The notes below the pieces were generated by a model that worked only from the letters and a program-made list of their open reading frames with translations, was not told the origin of the DNA and did not search any database. Position numbers and translations under genes: made by a program. This document shows, in pieces, positions 27,310 to 36,843 of a DNA stretch of 40,953 nucleotides (its first letter is position 1; each line of letters opens with the position of its first letter). The stretch lies in IMG/VR virus record IMGVR_UViG_3300037657_000056, positions 1 through 40,953 of that record. One strand, given 5' to 3'. This stretch comes from a virus. Lineage: Duplodnaviria > Caudoviricetes.

Positions 27310-27968
27310 GCGTATACGCACGCTACGGCGAGCGGCGGGTGGTCTCCGCGTACGTGTCGGTGCCCTACTACGGGGCGCCGGCCGCGGATCTGGTCATGGG
27401 CACGGACGAGACGGTTCCGGACCGCGGCGACGTGGTGCTGGGCCCGCTCACCCTGCGCATGGCGGTCACGCGTCAGGGGGTGCTCGCGGGCACGCGCGGC
27501 GTGGGGCTCGTCGGCGGCTACGGCGGATGGCGGACCACGGTCGCGAAGGAGGGCTACGCCAACGCGGCGGGGGTGCGGCTCGCGACGGTGCTCGGCGATG
27601 TGGCGCGCGCGTGCGGCGAGACGGTGACCGGGTTCGACACCTCCGCCACGGTGGGGGTGCACTACGCGCGCCGTGAGGGCCCCGCCGTGCGCGTCCTGCG
27701 GGAGGTCGGCGGCTCGCTTTGGTGGGTGGGCCTCGACGGCGTCACGCACCTGGACGCGCGAAGCACGAGCCCGATCGCCACGCCCTTCGCGGTGGAGTCG
27801 CGGGACGGGGCCAACGGCCGGCTGCGGGTGTCCACGGAGCACCCGCAGGACTGGATGCCCGGGCGCACGTTCGCGGGCCCCACGTTCCCGGACGTGCTAT
27901 CGATCGCACACACGGGGATAACGTTGGGCGAGGACGGTAAGCTGAGGTTGGAGGTTTTGGTGCAATGA
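27306..27968 (+). CDS. baseplate hub-like protein
   Basis: Position; VGG.GGW, WWVG.DG.T. Confidence 0.55.
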   Translation: MSVYARYGERRVVSAYVSVPYYGAPAADLVMGTDETVPDRGDVVLGPLTLRMAVTRQGVLAGTRGVGLVGGYGGWRTTVAKEGYANAAGVRLATVLGDVARACGETVTGFDTSATVGVHYARREGPAVRVLREVGGSLWWVGLDGVTHLDARSTSPIATPFAVESRDGANGRLRVSTEHPQDWMPGRTFAGPTFPDVLSIAHTGITLGEDGKLRLEVLVQ

Positions 27969-28264
27969 GCCGAGCCAAGCCGGTCGTGATCAAAATCGAC
28001 GAGGGCAAGCCGCGCCCGTCGCTCCTCCCGTTCCGTGCCCTTGAGCACGTGATCGCCGTGAGGGAGTACGCCCACCAGAAGTACGGCGACGGCGCCGACC
28101 TTTGGGCCTCGCTCCCCGGTGGCAAAGCACGCTACCTCGACGCCGCCCTTCGGCACATCTTCGCGCACGCGAAGGGTGAGACGCACGCGGAGGACAGCGG
28201 CCTTCCGCACCTCGCGCACGCCGCGTGCAACATCCTGTTCGTTCTGGAGTTGCTCTATCCATGA
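27965..28264 (+). CDS. dATP/dGTP diphosphohydrolase-domain protein (DUF5664)
   Basis: D.GKPR.SLLP, KYG...W, RYLDAALRH, GE....DSGLPHLAHAACNILF. Confidence 0.85.
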   Translation: MSRAKPVVIKIDEGKPRPSLLPFRALEHVIAVREYAHQKYGDGADLWASLPGGKARYLDAALRHIFAHAKGETHAEDSGLPHLAHAACNILFVLELLYP

Positions 28265-28719
28265 GCGAGCCGTCGCCCCTCGATCGCATGTGGCAAGCCT
28301 TCCGCCAACTCGTGCGCGGGGAGTTGGACGAGTTGCGCTTTCTCGGGCCGTACACCTACGTGGTTCGCGGCTCCGCTCTCGGCACGGTCGACGCGGAGCC
28401 GGCAACCACGACCCTCGGCCTTCCCTCCCTCCTCCGCGTCCCGATGCTCTCGGGCGTGACGGGGGACACCGCCATCGCGACGAGCGGGCAGGAGTGCGTA
28501 ATCGTGTTCCTCGACGGCGACCCAACGAGGCCCCGCGTGCTCTCGATCGCAGGCGTGGAGGAGGCTCGGATCGCGGGCGGCACGGCGGTCGTCGGGCGCG
28601 TGGGCGATCCGGTCGAGGTCACCCTCGTGGCGCTGCCCGTGACGGGTGGCGGCGGCGGCACGGTGAGCGGCACCGCGAGCGGCACCATCACTTCCAGCAC
28701 CAGCAAGGCGAAGGCCTGA
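28261..28719 (+). CDS. baseplate spike (gpV / Mu gp45-like)
   Basis: G.EC.I.FLDGDP.RP, RVGD.V, G.ITS.S.K C-terminus. Confidence 0.75.
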   Translation: MSEPSPLDRMWQAFRQLVRGELDELRFLGPYTYVVRGSALGTVDAEPATTTLGLPSLLRVPMLSGVTGDTAIATSGQECVIVFLDGDPTRPRVLSIAGVEEARIAGGTAVVGRVGDPVEVTLVALPVTGGGGGTVSGTASGTITSSTSKAKA

Positions 28720-28720
28720 C

Positions 28721-29107
28721 ATGGCGACCGACTACGGCACCGACTTCGCCTGCGTCGACGACCTCGAGACCACCCTCGTCATGTCGACGGGGATCCGCGT
28801 GGTCGCCGAGGCCATCGCGCGCCGTCTCCAGACTCCGACGGGACGCCTTATCGGTGACGCCAATTACGGCTACAACCTCGCCGACTGGTGCGGCGCCGAC
28901 GTGGGCCCCCGCGACATCGACGAGATCCAAGCCGCGTGCTCGGCCGAGGCGGAGAAAGACGAGCGGGTGCGGTCCGCGCAGACCACCGCGACGTTCGCCG
29001 CCGACGTGCTCACGGTGACGCTCGTGGCCGTGCTCATCACCGACGAGGTGTTCACCCTCGTCCTCGCCGTATCGGCCGTCACGGTCGAGATCCTACAGGT
29101 GACCTGA
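28721..29107 (+). CDS. baseplate wedge protein (gpW / Mu gp46-like)
   Basis: RRL.TP.G......NYG..L, DERV motifs. Confidence 0.75.
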   Translation: MATDYGTDFACVDDLETTLVMSTGIRVVAEAIARRLQTPTGRLIGDANYGYNLADWCGADVGPRDIDEIQAACSAEAEKDERVRSAQTTATFAADVLTVTLVAVLITDEVFTLVLAVSAVTVEILQVT

Positions 29108-30552
29108 TGCCGCTCGATATCTCCACGCTGATTACGCCCGTGACCTCCGACGAGGTCATGTCGTCGATCCTCTCGGTCGCCGCAACGCTCGGGCTCTCGA
29201 CCACGTCATGGCAAAGCGGGCAGCCCTCGCGGACCATCCTCCTGCTCGTGTCCGACGCGATCGCGTCGACGCTTTCGATCACGTCCACCATCACCCGCGG
29301 CGGCCTCCTCGACCTGGCCTCGAGCGTCACCCCCGAGGGCGGCCCCGGCTGGCTCGACGCGCTGGTGGAGTCGGGGTGGTCCGCTACCCGCCGCGCTGCC
29401 ACGTACGCCACGTGTGACGTCACCCTGACGACCGGCGCGGCGTGCCCCGGTGGCGTCTACGCGGCCGGCACCTTCCACGTCTCGCGCGGGTCCATCGGGT
29501 ACTCCAACGTCGATAGCCTCACGGTCCCCGCGGGCGCCGGCGCGGTGTCTGGCGCGTTCGTTGCGGACGTCGCGGGGTCGACCGGCTCGAGCGGAGTGGG
29601 CACGATCACCACCGTCGTGACGACCATCGTTGGCGTCACGTGCAGCAACAGCACCGCCGCGGTGGGCGCGGACGCCGAGACCAACGCCGAACTCGTCACG
29701 CGCTGCAAGGCGAAGTGGTCCTCCATCTCGGTCGACGGGCCTTCGGGCGCGTACACCTACAACGCGCTGACCATCAACGAGGAGGACCAGGTCCAGGTGA
29801 CCAGCGGCGCGCGCACCGAGCCGCAGCTACCCGTCACCCGCGCCACCCGCGTCACCAACGCGAGCACGGGCGTTGTCACCACCTACGTGGCGCACGCCGC
29901 GGGCGCCTACGCGACGCCGCCGAACTACACGGGCAACGTGGCCAAGTCGATCGCATCGAGCACCAACGCGAGCCCCATCGCGATCACGATGGGCGCGGCG
30001 CACGGGTACACGTCAGGGGACACGGTCTACATCGAGGGGCACACCGTCAACACGGCGGCCAATGGCGAGTGGACCATCGTCGTCACGGGCGCCACCACGT
30101 TCACGCTCACGGGCTCGGTCGGTAACGGCATCGGCGGCGCGACGGGCAGCGCGTACCGGTACTCGGATCTCGACCTGATCGACAAATCGATCCAAGCCAA
30201 CGCGGTGCCCCTCACCGTCACGGCCACGACCCTCTCGGCGACGGCAACGGCGCTCACGGTCGTGGGCGTCATCACGGTCACCGGCGCCGCCGCGGCACGC
30301 ACGGACGCGGACATCGTCGCGACCGCGAGCACGGCCATCTCCACCCTCGCGAGCACGGTCCCCATCGGCGGCATCGGAACGTCCACGGTCATCTACCTGG
30401 ACACCATCCGCGCAGCCATCCGCGACGCGCTGGGAGGCACGAGCCTCGTGCCCAACGTGACGCTGTCCTCCCCCGCCTCTGACCTCGCCATCCCCGCGAA
30501 CGGCGTGGCAACGGTCACCGTGGCGCCCTCGTTCACCGTGGTGCGCGTCTGA
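29107..30552 (+). CDS. baseplate J / Mu gp47-like protein with inserted E1-FCCH-like beta domain
   Basis: WLD....W...RR.AT.A, G.DAET..EL..RC, GP.GAY; insert ~29941-30153. Confidence 0.8.
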   Translation: MPLDISTLITPVTSDEVMSSILSVAATLGLSTTSWQSGQPSRTILLLVSDAIASTLSITSTITRGGLLDLASSVTPEGGPGWLDALVESGWSATRRAATYATCDVTLTTGAACPGGVYAAGTFHVSRGSIGYSNVDSLTVPAGAGAVSGAFVADVAGSTGSSGVGTITTVVTTIVGVTCSNSTAAVGADAETNAELVTRCKAKWSSISVDGPSGAYTYNALTINEEDQVQVTSGARTEPQLPVTRATRVTNASTGVVTTYVAHAAGAYATPPNYTGNVAKSIASSTNASPIAITMGAAHGYTSGDTVYIEGHTVNTAANGEWTIVVTGATTFTLTGSVGNGIGGATGSAYRYSDLDLIDKSIQANAVPLTVTATTLSATATALTVVGVITVTGAAAARTDADIVATASTAISTLASTVPIGGIGTSTVIYLDTIRAAIRDALGGTSLVPNVTLSSPASDLAIPANGVATVTVAPSFTVVRV

Positions 30553-31331
30553 TGGCCCGTATCCCCTCCACCATCCGCGACGCGGTCGCTGGCCTCTCGC
30601 CGCCGTGGCTCACGTCCACGGTCGGTGGGCGTCTGCTCTACTCGATCGCGATCCAGTGCGATGCCTTCTGGGAGTTGGCGCGCCAGGGCGTCAAGTCGCA
30701 CATGCCGGGCCTCGAGGGCGCCACCGCGTCGGCGCTGCCCTACGTGGGCTCCGAGCGGCAGCTCGACCGGTACCTGCTGGAGACCGACGCGCAGTACGCC
30801 GCGCGGCTCGCGACTCCCCACGACACTCACCGCGGCGCGGGCGGACCGCAGGAGCTGATCAACCAACTCCAGACCGCCGTCACGTACCGCAACGCGGGCG
30901 CCGCCGTGCCCGTGCGCGCCGTGAGCAACTCGGGTGTCTGGTGGGCGCGACCCTCGCTCACGGGCGAGTTCACGCAGACCAAATCGAGCCCCAACAACTG
31001 GGTGTGGGACGCCCTCACGATGCGATGGTGGCGCGGGTGGGTCATCATCGACACGACCGCGGGGCCTTGGACCGTCGACATCTGGGGCACTCCAGGAACG
31101 TGGGGCGATGGCGGCACGTGGGGCAGCGACGCGACCGTTGCCGAGGTCGCGCAGGTGGAGCGGATCGTGACCTTGTGGAAGGCCGCGCACGAGACGATCC
31201 AGATCATCGTGACGTTCGATGCCTCCCTCTTCGAGGCGACGGACGCGAGCCCGCCGAACCCCAACGGCACCAGTGACACATTCGTTTGGCAGGCCGCGCA
31301 GTCGGCCATCTTCGGGAGGTCGATCACGTGA
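30552..31331 (+). CDS. baseplate/tail protein (gpI / Mu gp48-like)
   Basis: ALPY.G.ER...R...ETDA.YA.RL; WK.AH. Confidence 0.7.
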   Translation: MARIPSTIRDAVAGLSPPWLTSTVGGRLLYSIAIQCDAFWELARQGVKSHMPGLEGATASALPYVGSERQLDRYLLETDAQYAARLATPHDTHRGAGGPQELINQLQTAVTYRNAGAAVPVRAVSNSGVWWARPSLTGEFTQTKSSPNNWVWDALTMRWWRGWVIIDTTAGPWTVDIWGTPGTWGDGGTWGSDATVAEVAQVERIVTLWKAAHETIQIIVTFDASLFEATDASPPNPNGTSDTFVWQAAQSAIFGRSIT

Positions 31332-32029
31332 GCACCGCATACGCACCAGTCCCCATCATCCTGCCCGCGACGATCACGTTGCCGCAGGACCTCGTAGACC
31401 AGCGCACGGCGGCGAGCGTCAACGTGCCATTCGCGAACCTCGCCGACGCGATCGCCTATCTCCAACTGAGCATCAACGTCATCCGACGGAAGGGGTGCGG
31501 CGCGCCCATCGGCGCCGTCCGCAGCGGCGCGATCGCGAAGACGTTCGACCTTCAAACGGTGCGCCTCGACAGCTGGGAAACCAAGCTGTTCACGTGCTAC
31601 GGCGGATCGATGCGATGCCCCACGCCGGACGCCGGCAACCTGGCGATCCATCTCTGCTACGACATCACGGACCTCGTCATCCATGGCGCCACGGTGACCC
31701 GCCTCACCCTGGATCTGATCGGCAACACGGGTACGCACTCGGCCCTCCCCGGGATGATGCCCGCGCTCGGCATGGCGAGGCACAACCCCAACGCCGGGAC
31801 GTGGGAGTCTCTCCTCGCCGCGGGGATGCAGGACGACACGTCAGGCGGCGTGGTCGCGTACGAGTCCGCGCACGAGATCCGGCTGTCAGCCGACCAAAAC
31901 GCGACGGTGGACACGTCCACGTATGCCTATTACGCAATCGTGTGCCCCGAAGGCGGGGCCGACGCGGAGGATGGCCTTCAGTTTCGCAGTCTAAGCGTGC
32001 GACAAACCACGCCGAGGTACACCACGTGA
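31328..32029 (+). CDS. tail fibre-associated protein
   Basis: AASVN.PF..LAD...YL is typical of fibre N-terminal attachment; position. Confidence 0.55.
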   Translation: MSTAYAPVPIILPATITLPQDLVDQRTAASVNVPFANLADAIAYLQLSINVIRRKGCGAPIGAVRSGAIAKTFDLQTVRLDSWETKLFTCYGGSMRCPTPDAGNLAIHLCYDITDLVIHGATVTRLTLDLIGNTGTHSALPGMMPALGMARHNPNAGTWESLLAAGMQDDTSGGVVAYESAHEIRLSADQNATVDTSTYAYYAIVCPEGGADAEDGLQFRSLSVRQTTPRYTT

Positions 32030-33060
32030 GCGCTCTGGACACCCTCCTCTACGGATACCGAACCCTCCTCGCCGCGACGTCGGCCGTCTCGCAGCGGAGC
32101 AAGCTGAACTTCTCCAGCGCGTTCACCGTCGTGGACAACGCGGTCACGGAGAGCACGGACGTGGGGCTGTCCGGCACGCTGACGGCGACGCTCGCGACCG
32201 TGACCGCGATGGTCCTCTCGGTGCTGCGCCTCACGTCGGAAAACAACGCGATGGCTGGCTCGCAGAACGACGTCACGATCGGGTCGAACACGATCGTCCG
32301 CGTGACCGACGCGGGGGCGGTGACGTGGACCGGCATCGCCGCGGACTCGGGGCAACGCCTCCTCCTCGTGCACGCGGTCGGCGCGGGTGGGCTGACGCTC
32401 GTGCACGCCTCGGGCTCGTCGGTCGCGGCCAACCGATTCGCGTTGCCGGGCTCGGCCAACATCGCCCTCGTCACGAACCAGATCGCGGTACTCGTCTACG
32501 ACACGACGCAGGAACGGTGGCTGTACGTGGGCAGCGTCGGCGGGGGTAGCGGGTTCACCGCGCCGACCGGCGACGGGTTTATGACGGTCACCGGGTCGGC
32601 CATGAACGGCGCCGCGAGCTCCGCCGCCGCGGGCATACTGACGTTCCTCGCCACGCCCTCGAGCGCCAACCTGCGCACCGCGCTCACGGACGAGACGGGG
32701 ACGGGCGCGGCGGTGTTCGCGATCACTCCGACGTTGACGGGCCTCGATCTAGACCAGGTCACCGAGGCCGGCGCCGGGCCATTCAACAACTATGCGATCG
32801 GGACGACGAGCGTCATCTACTGCACGGGCAACCCCACGTTCAACGGGTTCGCTGCGCCAGCTTCTGGCAAGTCGCGGATCCTGATCATCGTGTGCCCCGT
32901 GGGTAGCAACGTCACGCTCAACGACGAGGACGCCGGCTCCACCGCGGCGAACCGCATTCGCCTAGACGGCAACGCGCCGGCGGTCGCCGCGACCAATTAC
33001 ACGCTCCTGTACGTCCAAACCCTCGCGCGATGGAAGCTCATCGCATACCCGCAGTTCTGA
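32026..33060 (+). CDS. tail fibre / receptor-binding protein with internal duplication
   Basis: FLATPSSANL..ALTDETGTG fibre motif; two SxAANR-containing modules. Confidence 0.65.
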   Translation: MSALDTLLYGYRTLLAATSAVSQRSKLNFSSAFTVVDNAVTESTDVGLSGTLTATLATVTAMVLSVLRLTSENNAMAGSQNDVTIGSNTIVRVTDAGAVTWTGIAADSGQRLLLVHAVGAGGLTLVHASGSSVAANRFALPGSANIALVTNQIAVLVYDTTQERWLYVGSVGGGSGFTAPTGDGFMTVTGSAMNGAASSAAAGILTFLATPSSANLRTALTDETGTGAAVFAITPTLTGLDLDQVTEAGAGPFNNYAIGTTSVIYCTGNPTFNGFAAPASGKSRILIIVCPVGSNVTLNDEDAGSTAANRIRLDGNAPAVAATNYTLLYVQTLARWKLIAYPQF

Positions 33061-33077
33061 TGCTAAAGGATCCCACC

Positions 33078-33335
33078 ATGCGACCCGAAACGCCTCAGCC
33101 CCCCGAGACCAAGCCGAGCCTCCCCGCCGCCAAGTGCGCCGAGTGCAACGAGCACGCCTCGTTCCGCTTCACGTGGCCAGGGCAGAAGCCCGCGCACCTC
33201 TGCGATCGGCACATGGCCCTCCTCGCGGAGAACGCGGACCCCAACAAGCTCGCGGTCGAACCGCTCGGCGACCTCCGGCTGATTCCGGTCGCGATCCCCG
33301 GTGGCGAAATCGAGTGGCGCGTCGTCCCCAAGTAG
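33078..33335 (+). CDS. small Zn-finger-like protein
   Basis: CAEC...CDRH; AAGGA RBS. Confidence 0.55.
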   Translation: MRPETPQPPETKPSLPAAKCAECNEHASFRFTWPGQKPAHLCDRHMALLAENADPNKLAVEPLGDLRLIPVAIPGGEIEWRVVPK

Positions 33336-33351
33336 AGACTCCATCCGGGAA

Positions 33352-33398
33352 GCGTGACGACGCGGGTCCTCCCCCCAACCTCCCCCGCGTCGTCGCGC
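33352..33398 (+). other. 15-bp intergenic hairpin with C-rich loop before the lysis/membrane cluster
   Basis: GCGTGACGACGCGGG / CCCGCGTCGTCGCGC (one G-U pair). Confidence 0.65.
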
Positions 33399-33420
33399 GA
33401 CCCACTATTCTAGGAGTAGC

Positions 33421-33684
33421 ATGATGTTCCCAGGCCCCCCGAAAACGAAGTCCGGCGAGCTCGCCGCAGTGGTCCCCACCGTTCCCGCCCCGCGCGAGGT
33501 GCACGTCACCGACGCGGCCGAGCTGCGACGGCGCGAGGAAGAGGCCGACCGGCGCGAGGCTCTCGTCGAGCGCAAGGCGCTCCGTTCGCGCATCGCGGAG
33601 ATCGTGGCGCTGACCGTCGTCATCATGTCCGCGCTGGCGGAGATTGCTCGGGGGATCGCCTCGATGCTCGGGGGGCGCCAATGA
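33421..33684 (+). CDS. membrane protein, holin-like candidate
   Basis: One C-terminal TM segment; AGGAG RBS. Confidence 0.5.
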   Translation: MMFPGPPKTKSGELAAVVPTVPAPREVHVTDAAELRRREEEADRREALVERKALRSRIAEIVALTVVIMSALAEIARGIASMLGGRQ

Positions 33685-33902
33685 TCGGCGGGGTTTCGCT
33701 TACGGACCTTTGGATCGGGCAGTACGCCCTTTATGTCGTGCGGCAGTGGGCCGAGGGCACGGAGGCTCATGGCCCCATGGACGACGCCATCACCAACGCG
33801 CGCGTGGGCCTCTCGCTGCACAACACGAGCGACCCGCGTGCGCTCATTCCCCGCCGCCCCAACCGTCACGAGCGGCGCGCTGCCGCAGCGAGGAACCGAT
33901 GA
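33681..33902 (+). CDS. hypothetical protein
   Basis: ATGA coupling. Confidence 0.5.
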   Translation: MIGGVSLTDLWIGQYALYVVRQWAEGTEAHGPMDDAITNARVGLSLHNTSDPRALIPRRPNRHERRAAAARNR

Positions 33903-34195
33903 GCGAGCCGAACGCGGAATGGCGCGCGCTGGTAGACCAGGACCGCCAAACGCTCGTGCGCATCACGATGCGACTCGAGACCAAGGTGGACGAGATCCGC
34001 AGCGACGCCAAGGCCGTGCGCCGTCACGTCATCGCGCAGACCTACGTGGGCGCGCGGGCACCCATCCCGCTCGTGCTCTCGGTCATCTCGATCCTGGCCT
34101 GCGCCGCGATGGCGTCGGTGATGATCGCGGGGTGCCAGCGCGACGGGCGAGGCTACAGCGATGACGTTGTCCAGACCGCGAGGGCCGTGCCGTGA
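33899..34195 (+). CDS. coiled-coil plus TM membrane protein
   Basis: IPLVLSVISILACAAMASVMIAGC hydrophobic segment. Confidence 0.6.
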   Translation: MSEPNAEWRALVDQDRQTLVRITMRLETKVDEIRSDAKAVRRHVIAQTYVGARAPIPLVLSVISILACAAMASVMIAGCQRDGRGYSDDVVQTARAVP

Positions 34196-34353
34196 ACGAG
34201 CCCGAAGCCAAACGGAAGCGTGGTCGCCCGAAGACGCATACCGTCGCGCTGCCTTCTGGGCCGGAGCGAATCCTGCTTTTTCACATGCTGGATTGCGTAC
34301 GCGAGTGCCTCGGCCTCGACCCCATGCCGCGCCGCCACCACGAGGAGAGGTAG
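34192..34353 (+). CDS. 53-aa AT-hook-like protein (…KRKRGRPK…)
   Basis: Hand-translated from GTG overlapping the previous stop; KRGRPK motif. Confidence 0.5.
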   Translation: MNEPEAKRKRGRPKTHTVALPSGPERILLFHMLDCVRECLGLDPMPRRHHEER

Positions 34354-34357
34354 TCCC

Positions 34358-34600
34358 ATGATTGTGTTCACCGACCGGTCGGCCGTGCGCGTGATCCTCG
34401 GCTGCCTTGCGATAGCGGCCTTCGTCGCGTTTATCGCCTGGGCGATCCAAGGCTGCCTGCCCGCGAGCAACGCCGCTGCCTACGCGGGCGAGCTCCAGCT
34501 TTGCGAGGTGGGGGCCAAGACGTGTCAGGACTACGTTGCGTGTCGCGCGCGCGTCGCGCGGGAGTACGGCCGGGAGTACAAGGGGAGATGCAAGCCATGA
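34358..34600 (+). CDS. putative lipoprotein (spanin-like candidate)
   Basis: Hydrophobic signal ending AIQGC; several Cys; GAGG RBS. Confidence 0.55.
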   Translation: MIVFTDRSAVRVILGCLAIAAFVAFIAWAIQGCLPASNAAAYAGELQLCEVGAKTCQDYVACRARVAREYGREYKGRCKP

Positions 34601-34773
34601 GCAAGGCCAAGAAGACTTGGAAGCGATTGACCAAAGAGGCGCAGTGCGAGGCCGCACGACGCGAGGCCGAGGAGCGAGGCTACGCGGTGGACTCGGTCAC
34701 GTGGTCGCCGGAGTTGGGCGCGCCGGTGGTGACCGTGTACGCGCACGTGCAGAGCGTGGCGGTGGAAGCATGA
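34597..34773 (+). CDS. hypothetical protein
   Basis: ATGA coupling. Confidence 0.5.
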   Translation: MSKAKKTWKRLTKEAQCEAARREAEERGYAVDSVTWSPELGAPVVTVYAHVQSVAVEA

Positions 34774-34937
34774 GCCTCTCCGAACAGATCGCCCTCGCGC
34801 TTCTCAAAGCCGGGCTCTCCGCGGGCGAGGCCATCGCCAACGGTGGAGGCCTCGACGACGCCCTTGCCGCTAGCATCGAGTCTCTCGCGAGCGAGCGGGC
34901 CAAGGCTCGCTTCCCTGACCTGGTCGAGGACCCGTGA
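34770..34937 (+). CDS. hypothetical protein
   Basis: ATGA coupling. Confidence 0.5.
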   Translation: MSLSEQIALALLKAGLSAGEAIANGGGLDDALAASIESLASERAKARFPDLVEDP

Positions 34938-36163
34938 GCGGGGTAGTCCACGAGGGGGACGCTCTCATGCTCCTCCGCGCGATGCCGGAGAACACCTTCC
35001 ACGGGTGTCTGACCGACCCGCCCTATGGCCTCTCGTTCATGGGGCACGGCTGGGATCACGGCGTGCCGAGCGTCGAAGTGTGGCGCCAGGTCCTGCGCAC
35101 GATGCGGCCCGGCGCGCACCTCCTCGCGTTCGGCGGGACTCGCACGTTCCACCGTCTGACGTGTGCCATCGAGGATGCGGGGTTTGAGATTCGCGACTGC
35201 ATGCAGTGGCTTTACGGTTCTGGATTCCCGAAGTCTCACGACGTGAGCAAGGCGATCGACAAGGCCAACGGCGACTGGCGCGGAAAGGCCGGCGCCGTCA
35301 CGACCGAGAACGCCGCCATGGGCGGCCCGAATTACGAGCGCACGCCGAAGGGCGACCCCATCGCAGCAGCGGTGCAATGGTCAGGCCACGGCACCGCGCT
35401 GAAGCCAGCATGGGAGCCCATCATCGTGGCGCGCAAGCCGCTCGATGGGACCGTGGCGCAGAACGTCCAGCGGTGGGGGTGTGGCGGGTTGGCGATTGAT
35501 GCGTGTCGGGTGGACGTTGTTGGGAAGAAGTCAGAGGGCGGGCGGACGGCAGGTGGCATTACGTCATCGAGCGACCCGCGCGCGATCGGTGCTGGGCTGA
35601 AGTCTGGCTCCAACGACGACGGTCTCGGACGCTGGCCCGCCAACGTCATCCTCGACGAGGAGGCCGGGCAGGCCCTCGACGTGCAAAGTGGGAATCGCCC
35701 CGGCATGTCCGGCGGCGGTAAGCACAAGCCCGGATCGAAGGGCGGCATGTTCGGCGCCATCGACTGCGAGCACACTGCGCGCGGAGACTCGGGCGGTGCC
35801 TCACGGTTCTTCTACTGCCCCAAGGCGAGCCGGGCGGAGCGGGATGCGGGGCTGGATGCGTTCGCCGAGCAGCAGACACAAAAGCTGAACCCTGGCGGAA
35901 TTGCCGCTCGACGTGAGGCGGCTGGCCTCGGCGTGGGGCGCAACATCCACCCAACGGTCAAGCCGCTTGCGCTAGCCCGCTACCTCGCACGCCTCATCCT
36001 CCCGCCGATTCATGACGCGCGGATGGTCACTCCGTTCTGCGGGTCGGGCTCCGAGATCATCGGCGCCCTGCAGGCCGGCTGGTCGCACGTCGACGGGATC
36101 GATTCGTGGGACGTGGCCGTGCGCATCGCCCGCGCGCGCATCGAGCATTGGAGCAAGCCATGA
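34934..36163 (+). CDS. DNA methyltransferase (N6-A/N4-C, beta-class)
   Basis: TDPPY (motif IV), WLYGSGFPK, LKPAWEP, RWPAN, HPTVKP, PFCGSGS (motif I). Confidence 0.92.
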   Translation: MSGVVHEGDALMLLRAMPENTFHGCLTDPPYGLSFMGHGWDHGVPSVEVWRQVLRTMRPGAHLLAFGGTRTFHRLTCAIEDAGFEIRDCMQWLYGSGFPKSHDVSKAIDKANGDWRGKAGAVTTENAAMGGPNYERTPKGDPIAAAVQWSGHGTALKPAWEPIIVARKPLDGTVAQNVQRWGCGGLAIDACRVDVVGKKSEGGRTAGGITSSSDPRAIGAGLKSGSNDDGLGRWPANVILDEEAGQALDVQSGNRPGMSGGGKHKPGSKGGMFGAIDCEHTARGDSGGASRFFYCPKASRAERDAGLDAFAEQQTQKLNPGGIAARREAAGLGVGRNIHPTVKPLALARYLARLILPPIHDARMVTPFCGSGSEIIGALQAGWSHVDGIDSWDVAVRIARARIEHWSKP

Positions 36164-36843
36164 CCGCCGTCCCCCTCATCCGCACCACGTGCACCACCGA
36201 CGAACTCGCCGCCGCCATCCGCGAGGCCGACCCCACGTTCACGCGCCAAGCTGCCGGCATCGTGTGGGCGCAATGGGCCCTCGAGACGGGGCGCGGCGAG
36301 GCCTGTTGGAATCACAACGTGGGCAACGTGAAGACGACCCCCGCGCAGGCCGCGGCCGGCGTGCCTTACACGATGCTCCCCGGGACCACGGAGTACATCG
36401 GCGGCGTGCTGATGACGTTCCAGCCCCCGGATCCGCAAACGTGGTTCCGCGCGTTCGCGTCGCTCGCGGAGGGCATGGCCCATCACCTCGCGTTCCTCAA
36501 GCGGCGCTACGGCAACGCGTGGCCTTCGCTGCTCTCCGGCGACCCCACCACGTTCGCGACGGAACTCAAGGCGCGCGGGTACTACACCGCGCCGCTCGCG
36601 ACGTACGCGGGCGCCATGCGCCACCTGCACGCGGAGTGGATGCGCACCGCCGATTGGGTGGACGTGGCCGTGGAGCCGAACGAGAACACGATCGCGAGCG
36701 TGGCCCATGGCCGGTTCATCGCCGACTGGAACGACGACGAGCGGCGCCGGGCCGAGCGGGCAGACGAGTTGGAGATGATGTCCGTGCGGAACCTGCTCGC
36801 GCGGTCGGAGCCGTTCTCGCGCTACGACGAGGACTTCGCGTGA
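36160..36843 (+). CDS. endolysin, glucosaminidase (GH73/FlgJ)-like
   Basis: AQWALETG.G, N.GNVK, FRAF.S..EG, LK..GYYT. Confidence 0.75.
   Translation: MTAVPLIRTTCTTDELAAAIREADPTFTRQAAGIVWAQWALETGRGEACWNHNVGNVKTTPAQAAAGVPYTMLPGTTEYIGGVLMTFQPPDPQTWFRAFASLAEGMAHHLAFLKRRYGNAWPSLLSGDPTTFATELKARGYYTAPLATYAGAMRHLHAEWMRTADWVDVAVEPNENTIASVAHGRFIADWNDDERRRAERADELEMMSVRNLLARSEPFSRYDEDFA

Noticed and set aside
27965-28264. Z-genome (2-aminoadenine) pathway
   Set aside because: No PurZ, DatZ or DNA polymerase recognisable in the window; DUF5664 alone is insufficient
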